Shown here: one piece after another, positions 1 through 6,665 of the stretch
How the letters are laid out: every line of letters starts with the position of its first letter
Numbering within the stretch: position 1 is the first letter of the stretch
Assembly: GCA_031409335.1 (NCBI GenBank)
Contig: JANNWY010000192.1
Location: 1-10,791, forward strand
DNA length: 10,791 nucleotides
Reading direction: 5' to 3'
Origin: Chthoniobacteraceae bacterium
GTDB lineage: Bacteria > Verrucomicrobiota > Verrucomicrobiia > Chthoniobacterales > Chthoniobacteraceae
Program-made: the position numbers and the translations under genes
The notes under the pieces: generated by a model
Database searches by the model: none
Told to the model about the DNA's origin: nothing
The model's input: only the letters and a program-made list of their open reading frames with translations

Positions 1-1
1 C

Positions 2-952
2 CTCAAAGCCATGAACTGCCCGCACCACCACAAGCTCTTCGGAGCGGTGCCGCGCAGTTATCGCGACTTACCCCTTCGCCTCGCCGAGTACGGGACGTGT
101 TATCGCTACGAGCAGAGCGGCGAACTCTTCGGCCTCATGCGGGTGAGGGCCATGCAGATGAACGACGCCCACATCTACTGCACCGAGGAGCAATTCGCCT
201 CCGAGTTTCAGGCCGTGAACGAGATGTATCTCAAGTATTTCGGCATCTTCGGGATTGATCGCTACCAGTTTCGCTTCAGCACCCACGACCCGCGGGAACT
301 CGGGAAGAAATTCGTCGATCACTCCGAACTCTGGCTCAAGACCGAGAAGATGGTGCGCGACGTCCTCATCGCCTCCGGCGCACCCTACGTCGAAGTCCCC
401 AACGAAGGCGCCTTCTACGGCCCGAAGATCGACATCCAGATTTGGAACGTCATCGGCAAGGAGTTCACGCTCGCTACCAATCAGGTCGATTTCGCCGTCC
501 CCGCCCGCTTCGGCCTCACCTACAAGGATCGCGACAACACCAGCAAAACCCCGCTCTGCATCCACCGCGCCCCGCTCGGCACGCACGAGCGTTTCATCGG
601 CTTCCTCATCGAACACTACGCCGGAAACTTCCCGCTCTGGCTCAGCCCCGAGCAGGTGCGCATCCTTCCCATCGGCGACGATGAGCCATTAGTCGCATAC
701 GCCCAATCCGTCCTATCCGAGCTGCGAGGCCACGGAGTCCGCGCCACTTTGGACAACAGCACCGACCCGATCAAAGCCAAGATCGCCAACGCCGAGCAAA
801 TGAAAGTCCACCACATGCTCGTCCTCGGAAACCGCGACCTCGAAGCCGGCAGCATCAGCGTCCGCATCCACGGCAAAGGCCCGCAAGGCGCAAAGCCGCG
901 CGCGGAGGTGATCGCAGACATCCTCGCGATGATCAAAACCCGGCAGGCGTAA
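2..952 (+). CDS. thrS: Threonyl-tRNA synthetase, C-terminal part (catalytic core plus anticodon-binding domain); 5' end lies outside the window
   Basis: Frame is open from position 2 (L-K-A-M-N-C-P-H-H). Contains ThrRS motifs MNCP (Zn Cys), YRYEQSGEL.GL.RVR (class II motif 2), MNDAH (Zn His), EGAFYGPKID, IHRAPLGTHERF (Zn His/motif 3) and EHYAG.FPLWLSP.QV. Stop TAA at 950-952. Confidence 0.98.
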   Translation, partial: LKAMNCPHHHKLFGAVPRSYRDLPLRLAEYGTCYRYEQSGELFGLMRVRAMQMNDAHIYCTEEQFASEFQAVNEMYLKYFGIFGIDRYQFRFSTHDPRELGKKFVDHSELWLKTEKMVRDVLIASGAPYVEVPNEGAFYGPKIDIQIWNVIGKEFTLATNQVDFAVPARFGLTYKDRDNTSKTPLCIHRAPLGTHERFIGFLIEHYAGNFPLWLSPEQVRILPIGDDEPLVAYAQSVLSELRGHGVRATLDNSTDPIKAKIANAEQMKVHHMLVLGNRDLEAGSISVRIHGKGPQGAKPRAEVIADILAMIKTRQA

Positions 953-993
953 AGTCTCACGCTTCCCGCGAGCAAACCCGAAACGCCGTTCAC

Positions 994-1041
994 TTGCTGG
1001 TCAAGAGGGCGCTTCTTGAAACTCGCTCTTTCCATCAGCAA
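994..1041 (+). terminator. Long imperfect stem-loop downstream of thrS (possible terminator or mRNA 3' structure)
   Basis: 994-1011 TTGCTGGTCAAGAGGGCG pairs with 1024-1041 CGCTCTTTCCATCAGCAA at 16 of 18 positions (3 G-U) around a 12-nt loop. Only a weak U-tract follows (TTCTCCAGTTT). Confidence 0.35.
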
Positions 1042-1143
1042 TTCTCCAGTTTCCACGGCAGTTCGATTCAGGCGTCCTTAGAAAATGCTGCTCTCGCCGC
1101 ATTGAAATGGTTATACCGCAAGAGGGTTCGATCTCCACACACC

Positions 1144-2448
1144 ATGCCTACGCAAACTTCACCCAGCGGAATCAAATATCACCTCATCGCATTCGATGCT
1201 TCCGGCAAAGAGCGCGGTGATGATCCGAATGGAAGGATGGGCGACAAAGTGCTCGCGGCTTTGCGGGATGAGGCAGTCACCGATGTCTTCCTGATGAGCC
1301 ACGGCTGGCAGGGCGATGTACCTTCGGCGATCCGCCAATACAACCGGTGGATCGACGCGATGGCAGCCTGCACCGCGGATCGCGCGGCGATCGAAAAGGC
1401 GCGCGGGAATTTCCACCCGCTCATCGTCGGCCTGCACTGGCCAAGTCTCGCGTGGGGCGACGAGGAGCTTCCCAGTGGCAACGTCTCCTTCGCCGCGCCT
1501 GGCGATTCCCCGGTGGACGAGCTCGTGAATCAATACGCTGCCCGGCTCGCGGATACTCCCGCGGCCCGCGCTGCGCTGAAAACCGTGATCGAATCCGCGC
1601 TCAACGAAATCGCGCCGGACACGCTCCCGCCCGAAGTGCGCGAGGCCTACATCACGCTGAACTCGGAGGCTGGTCTCGGCAGCGGCGGCGAGGACGCGGA
1701 CCCCGGGGCGGATCGCGAAGCATTCAATCCCGATCGCGTTTATGAAGCGGAACTCGAGGGCGTGAGCTTTGGCTGGCCGAGCCTCGGCGGGCTGCTCGCG
1801 CCGCTGCGCACGCTTACTTTTTGGAAGATGAAAGATCGCGCAAAGGCGTTCGGCGAGACGGGCGGTTTCAACTTCCTCAAACAAATCCAGCAGACCGCTG
1901 GCGCGAATGTGCGCGTGCATCTCATGGGCCACAGCTTCGGCTGCATCGTCGTGTCATCCGCACTCGCCGGGCCCGGCGGCGCGGGCCAGCTCGTGCGCCC
2001 GGTGAATACGCTCGTGCTTTTGCAGGGCGCGCTTTCGCTGTGGTCGTTTTGCTCCGACATTCCCTCGAAACCGGGACGCGCCGGTTTCTTCCGCTCCATC
2101 ATCGCGAGCGGCAAAGTCAGCGGCCCGATCCTCACCACGTTGTCCGCGAAGGACACCGCGGTCGGCCGCTTCTACCCCATCGGTGCCGGCGCGCGCGGCG
2201 ATGTGCAATTCGCGCCCGGCACGCTCCCGAAATTCGGCGCAGTCGGCTCCTTCGGCGCGCGCGGCCCCGGGCTGAACATCAACGACATCGAGCTCCAGTC
2301 CGCGACTTATCCGTATCAGTTCAAACCCGGCCAGCTCTACAACATCGAGAGCACTAAATTCATCTGCGAAGGCGGCGGCACTTCCGGCGCGCACAACGAC
2401 ATCGCGAAGCCGGAAGTCGCTCACGCATTTTGGTGCGCGGTGAAATAA
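1144..2448 (+). CDS. Putative alpha/beta-fold serine hydrolase (434 aa), substrate unknown
   Basis: Nucleophile elbow VHLMGHSFG (GHSFG at 1927-1941), oxyanion-type FLMSHGW near the N-terminus, candidate catalytic Asp (LSAKDTAV) and His (SGAHNDI) near the C-terminus. ATG 1144 preferred over TTG 994, which lies in the intergenic hairpin. No obvious signal peptide. Confidence 0.85.
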   Translation: MPTQTSPSGIKYHLIAFDASGKERGDDPNGRMGDKVLAALRDEAVTDVFLMSHGWQGDVPSAIRQYNRWIDAMAACTADRAAIEKARGNFHPLIVGLHWPSLAWGDEELPSGNVSFAAPGDSPVDELVNQYAARLADTPAARAALKTVIESALNEIAPDTLPPEVREAYITLNSEAGLGSGGEDADPGADREAFNPDRVYEAELEGVSFGWPSLGGLLAPLRTLTFWKMKDRAKAFGETGGFNFLKQIQQTAGANVRVHLMGHSFGCIVVSSALAGPGGAGQLVRPVNTLVLLQGALSLWSFCSDIPSKPGRAGFFRSIIASGKVSGPILTTLSAKDTAVGRFYPIGAGARGDVQFAPGTLPKFGAVGSFGARGPGLNINDIELQSATYPYQFKPGQLYNIESTKFICEGGGTSGAHNDIAKPEVAHAFWCAVK

Positions 2449-2460
2449 CATCACTCCGTC

Positions 2461-3540
2461 ATGTTCCGTTCCCGCTACCCGACTCCGGGCTCCAGTCCCG
2501 CAACCCTCATTCCCGTCCCCGCCGAGTGCGATCCGCAAAAGCCGATCATCAAACTCGTCGAATACGATCTCACTTCGATCAACGAACGGGGCATCGAAAA
2601 TCTCGCCGACCTGCCCGACGCGGCGCTCAGTGATGGCAAAGTCCGCTGGCTCGACGTGGACGGCCTCGGCGACATCGAAGTCTTAAAAACGATCGGCGAA
2701 AAATACGGCCTGCATCCCCTCGCCCTCGAAGACGTGCTGAACATGGGCCAGCGCCCAAAGGTCGAGACCTACGACAACCATCTCTTCATCGTCATGGACA
2801 TGGTTTACTACGACGGCGAGCGGCGCATGTGCGGCGAGCAGGTCAGCATGTTCCTTTGCAAGAACATCCTCATCACCATCCAGGAGGAAGTCGGCCAGGA
2901 TGTCTTCGATCCCGTGCGCGCCCGCATCCGCACAGGCCGCGGCTACATTCGCAAATCCGGCGTCGATTACCTCACCTACGCGCTCATCGACTCGATCATC
3001 GACCACTGCTTCCCCGTGCTCGAACTGCTCGGCGATTCCATCGAGAAACTCGAAGACGAAGTGCTCGCGAAACCGACCCGCCATTGCGTTCACAAAATCC
3101 ACCACAACAAACGCACGCTCATGCAGCTCCGCCGCTACGTGTGGCCCGGCCGTGATGTCGTCACCGCGCTCTTGCACGACGACAGCGACTACATCACCGA
3201 CGGCACCAAAGTTTTCCTGCGCGATTGCTACGATCACACGATCCAAATCATGGACCTGCTCGAAACCTATCGCGACGTGAACTCGGGCCTCATGGAGCTA
3301 TACCTTTCTGCCGTCACCATGAAGACGACCGAGATCATGCGCGTACTCACGGTCATGTCGTCGATCTTCATTCCGCTAACTTTCATCGCAGGCGTCTATG
3401 GCATGAACTTCGATCGCGAAGACGGCTGGTGGAACATGCCCGAACTACACCAGCCCTGGGGCTATCTCGCATGCCTGTTCCTGATGGTCAGTATTTCTGT
3501 CGGGCAGATCATTTTCTTCAAACGGAAAAAGTGGCTGTGA
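2461..3540 (+). CDS. corA: Magnesium/cobalt transporter CorA (359 aa)
   Basis: WLDVDG, GLHPLALED...QRPK.E, YL.YALIDSI.D, the CorA signature TFIAGVYGMNF, the MPEL loop, two C-terminal TM helices and a basic KRKKWL tail. Confidence 0.97.
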   Translation: MFRSRYPTPGSSPATLIPVPAECDPQKPIIKLVEYDLTSINERGIENLADLPDAALSDGKVRWLDVDGLGDIEVLKTIGEKYGLHPLALEDVLNMGQRPKVETYDNHLFIVMDMVYYDGERRMCGEQVSMFLCKNILITIQEEVGQDVFDPVRARIRTGRGYIRKSGVDYLTYALIDSIIDHCFPVLELLGDSIEKLEDEVLAKPTRHCVHKIHHNKRTLMQLRRYVWPGRDVVTALLHDDSDYITDGTKVFLRDCYDHTIQIMDLLETYRDVNSGLMELYLSAVTMKTTEIMRVLTVMSSIFIPLTFIAGVYGMNFDREDGWWNMPELHQPWGYLACLFLMVSISVGQIIFFKRKKWL

Positions 3541-3543
3541 GGA

Positions 3544-3607
3544 ATTGCGGATTGCGGACCCCCTAGCGGTTCTTCCATTTGCGATCGGCCATTTGCCATT
3601 CGTCATG
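3544..3607. repeat. Degenerate heptamer tandem-repeat element in the corA-addB gap
   Basis: Left: ATTGCGG-ATTGCGG-A (3544-3558). Right: TTCCATT-TGCGATC-GGCCATT-TGCCATT-CGTCATG (3573-3607), with the last unit overlapping the addB ATG. 3550-3558 can pair with 3578-3586 (three G-U pairs). Confidence 0.55.
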
Positions 3608-6550
3608 AACGCCGCCCTGCACACCGCCGCGCACCCATCATCCGCGCACGAGAGCGTCTTTTTGCCGTGGTTAAAACGGGCCGCCGCCATCGCCAGTCGC
3701 GAGCGCCTGCCGATCGCGGTCGTCGTGCCGTTTCGCAGCGACGCCTATTATCTGAAAGCCCGCGCGCTCACTGCCGGCATCGGTTTGCTCGGCCTGCATT
3801 TCATCACGCCCGGCGAACTACGCGAACGCCTCTCGCGCCATCTCGGCATCACCGCGCGCGTGCCAATTCGCGAGCATTTGCACCTGCTCCTCGCCACTGC
3901 CGCCGATCGTCGCGGCGACGCTGCCAGCATCGCCGCATCACCGGATCGTCTGCTGAAAGCCGTCGATCTCGTGAGCGCGGGCGGCTGGGATTTCTCCGCG
4001 ACCGGCCCCGCCGCGCTGCGCCCGATCGTCGCGGATTTTGAAAAGCTCGTCCGCGCCGCCGGCTTCCAAACCATGCACGCCGCCGATCGTGCGCTGCTCG
4101 AAAACACGCGCACGGCCACGCCGCATTTCGCCGCGCTCTTCATCACCGGCTTCGACGCCATGCACTGGCCGCTCTGGCCGCTGCTCGCCGCCGCGACGCT
4201 TTCGGCAAAATCGACGACCGTCTGTCTCACCGATCCGCGCCCCGAAGCCGAGACCCTCGACGCCACATGGATCGGCACTTGGGAGGAAACCTTCGGCGCG
4301 GCGGAACCCGTCCCCGCCGACGACTCACCGCGGCCATTGGTGGAAGTCCTGCAATTGCCGAACCATCGGAAAACGCCTTCACGCGAGATCGAATTCCTCA
4401 TCGGCCATGACACCGCGGAGCACGCGCAGGCAGTCGTCGGCAAAGCGATGCAATTCCTCGCCGATCCAGCGTGCGAGCGGCTCGGCATCGTTTTCCCCGC
4501 CGCCGGGGCGCTCTCCCGCCGCGTCGCCGCACTGCTCGCCGAGCACGAAATCCCGCACAACGACGGCCTCGCGCACCAGGCGCCCGGCGATCTCGAAGAC
4601 GCCGCGTGGCCCGCATGGCTCGCGCTTCAGGAAAGTCCGCGCATTCCCGCGCTCCTGAGTTTCCTTCGCGAATACGACGCGCCCGATCGACTTTTCGCCG
4701 GGCTCCCGCTCGCGGAAATCGACGACGCCCTCACGCGACTCTTCAACGATTTGCTCATCGACGACCTCGCCGTCGTCGCGGAATTTTTCACCCAACATCC
4801 GCGCAAACGCCACGCCGCCACGCTCGCCACCGGCATCCGGGCGCTGCCGGTTCTTCCCGCACGCGCGACGCTCGCCGAGTTCATCAGGAAGACCGGCGAG
4901 ATCTTGCAAACGCTGGACTGGCAAAGGCGGGCCGAGGAATTCTCCCGCCTCGCCGAAGCCTGGGACGCATCGCCCGCCCTCCCAGTCTCGCGCCGCACTT
5001 GGCTCGGCTGGCTGCGCGAAACACTCGTCTCCTGGCGGGCCACGCGCGCGGCATCCGGCAATCATCCCTACAGCCGCGTGCATCTGCTCCCGAGCCTCCA
5101 GGCCGAGTCGCAGTCGTGGACGCACCTCATTGCCGCCGGACTCAGCGAAGGCCAGTGGCCGCCGCCGTTCGAGGATGCGGGATTTCTCGGCGAGGATGAA
5201 ATCGACGCGCTCAACCGCCGCGTCCGCACACTCAACAAAAGCGCTATCACGCAAGGTTCGCAGGGCGAAGGCCACGAAACCATCGAGCCCGGCAAGACCC
5301 TCTGCCTCGGCCCCACCCAACGCCGCGAACTCGCCCTCCGCCAGTTTCTCAACACACTCGAATCCGCCACCGTCGCCGTCGCCGCCACCGCGCAACTCTA
5401 CGACGAAACCGCGCCCGACCGCCGTCTGAACCCAAGCGACTTTTTCACGCGCCTCTATTTCTGCGCGCGCGGTCGCGCCGTCTCGCAAGGCTCGATGACC
5501 GCACTGCGCACGGAAACCAGACGCTGGCTCGACGCGAGCGGCCTGTGGAAAACCAGCGCGCCCGATCTGGCCGCGGTCCAGCAAACGCGCGCCGCCTTCG
5601 ATGCGCGCCGCGATCCCGCGCAACCCTTCGGCGAATACGAATTTTCCCTGCGCACCCCGCTCGCCGCGCCGCTGCGCCTCTCCGCGACCGATTGGGAAAA
5701 GGCGCTCACCGCACCAGCGCTCATCTGGATGCGACGCCTGCTCGGCGTCGATGCAAACGCGGACAGCGATGAAACGCCGTGGAGTCTCGCCACCGGCCAG
5801 TGGGTCCACGCCTGGCTGCGAAAGATCTCGGACGAACCCGGCACGTTCACACTGCTGCCCGCGCCCGAGCGGATCGTCGCCGTCGTCGCGGAAAATGCGT
5901 GCGACTTTCGCGATCGCATCCGCGCGATCCTGCGGAAATGCGGACGCTCCGTTCCCGAGTGGTGGCTCTCCTCGTGGCAGCAGGCGTTCCAAATCGCCGA
6001 TCGGCTCGCGCATCGCATCGCCGATGTGAAAGGCCGCACGCATCTCGCGACCGAGTGGAAATTCGACGACACCGCGATCCCGCTCGCGGACGACGCTGCG
6101 CTCCACGTTCACGGTCGCGTCGATCTCATCCTCGCCACTTCGCCCGAGTGCGAAGATGCGTGGATCGTCGATTTCAAAACTGGAAATCGCAAAGCGCTCG
6201 CCGCCAAAAAACTCCCTGCTGGCGAGGGCCTCCAGCTCGCGCTCTACGCGCTCGCCCTTCACCAGCGCAGCGCTCGCGCAGTCGGCGCCAGCGTGCTGAC
6301 GCCCGATCTCACCCTCGACCTCCCGCAACTCACGCTCGTCGATTTCACCACGCAATCCGCGCTCTGGCGTGGCCTGTTTGAAATGCAGGAAAGTGGAATC
6401 TTCGGGATGCGCGGCGCACTCCGATCCGAGTTCGACTTCAACGCCGACTACCCACTCGCCACCCTCGCGATTGATGAGGAAGTGCTGGAGCAAAAGTGGG
6501 CGATGACGCATCCCGACTTCGCCGACGCTGGAGAAATAGGGAACCCATGA
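3605..6550 (+). CDS. addB: AddB/RexB-like subunit: degenerate helicase-like N-terminal region plus C-terminal RecB-family PD-(D/E)xK nuclease (981 aa)
   Basis: C-terminal nuclease motifs LSATDWE, G.WVH, ATEWKF, GRVDL (from 6113), IVDFKTG (D at 6170) and LQLALY (Q at 6233). Remnant AGLSEGQWP resembles the AddB G.neG..P motif. No Walker A. Lies directly upstream of an AddA-like gene. ATG 3605 chosen because TTG 3545 is inside the repeat. Confidence 0.85.
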   Translation: MNAALHTAAHPSSAHESVFLPWLKRAAAIASRERLPIAVVVPFRSDAYYLKARALTAGIGLLGLHFITPGELRERLSRHLGITARVPIREHLHLLLATAADRRGDAASIAASPDRLLKAVDLVSAGGWDFSATGPAALRPIVADFEKLVRAAGFQTMHAADRALLENTRTATPHFAALFITGFDAMHWPLWPLLAAATLSAKSTTVCLTDPRPEAETLDATWIGTWEETFGAAEPVPADDSPRPLVEVLQLPNHRKTPSREIEFLIGHDTAEHAQAVVGKAMQFLADPACERLGIVFPAAGALSRRVAALLAEHEIPHNDGLAHQAPGDLEDAAWPAWLALQESPRIPALLSFLREYDAPDRLFAGLPLAEIDDALTRLFNDLLIDDLAVVAEFFTQHPRKRHAATLATGIRALPVLPARATLAEFIRKTGEILQTLDWQRRAEEFSRLAEAWDASPALPVSRRTWLGWLRETLVSWRATRAASGNHPYSRVHLLPSLQAESQSWTHLIAAGLSEGQWPPPFEDAGFLGEDEIDALNRRVRTLNKSAITQGSQGEGHETIEPGKTLCLGPTQRRELALRQFLNTLESATVAVAATAQLYDETAPDRRLNPSDFFTRLYFCARGRAVSQGSMTALRTETRRWLDASGLWKTSAPDLAAVQQTRAAFDARRDPAQPFGEYEFSLRTPLAAPLRLSATDWEKALTAPALIWMRRLLGVDANADSDETPWSLATGQWVHAWLRKISDEPGTFTLLPAPERIVAVVAENACDFRDRIRAILRKCGRSVPEWWLSSWQQAFQIADRLAHRIADVKGRTHLATEWKFDDTAIPLADDAALHVHGRVDLILATSPECEDAWIVDFKTGNRKALAAKKLPAGEGLQLALYALALHQRSARAVGASVLTPDLTLDLPQLTLVDFTTQSALWRGLFEMQESGIFGMRGALRSEFDFNADYPLATLAIDEEVLEQKWAMTHPDFADAGEIGNP

Positions 6551-6652
6551 ACTTTCAACGTCCAACTTTCAACTTCCAACGTTCAACGGGACTGACCCGC
6601 CGCAATGCTCTTCTTTCGACGTTGAAAGTTGAAAGTTGGACGTTGGACGTTC
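6549..6652. repeat. Palindromic element built from inverted arrays of the heptamer AAC(G/T)T(C/T)C
   Basis: Left arm 6549-6588: G-AACTTTC-AACGTCC-AACTTTC-AACTTCC-AACGTTC-AACG. Reverse complement of right arm 6613-6652: G-AACGTCC-AACGTCC-AACTTTC-AACTTTC-AACGTCG-AAAG. Spacer of 24 nt. Confidence 0.93.
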
Positions 6653-6665
6653 TCCTCTTCCGACT

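Noticed and set aside
994..1143. 50-aa N-terminal extension of the hydrolase from TTG 994, and a sigma70-like promoter near TTGAAA/TATACC (about 1102-1117)
   Set aside because: The extension has atypical codon usage and overlaps a hairpin. The two hexamers are only a few bases apart, far from the ~17-bp spacing required.
4379..6565. 728-aa ORF on the - strand, and other long antisense or alternative-frame ORFs (e.g. 7344-8489, 1159-1932)
   Set aside because: They lie over well-supported genes and show no recognisable motifs. Long shadow ORFs are expected with strong GC3 codon bias.
6549..6652. CRISPR array or intrinsic terminator
   Set aside because: The units are contiguous 7-mers with no unique spacers and there are no cas genes. 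The stem is long and AT-rich with no proper U-tract, and it lies between two subunit genes.
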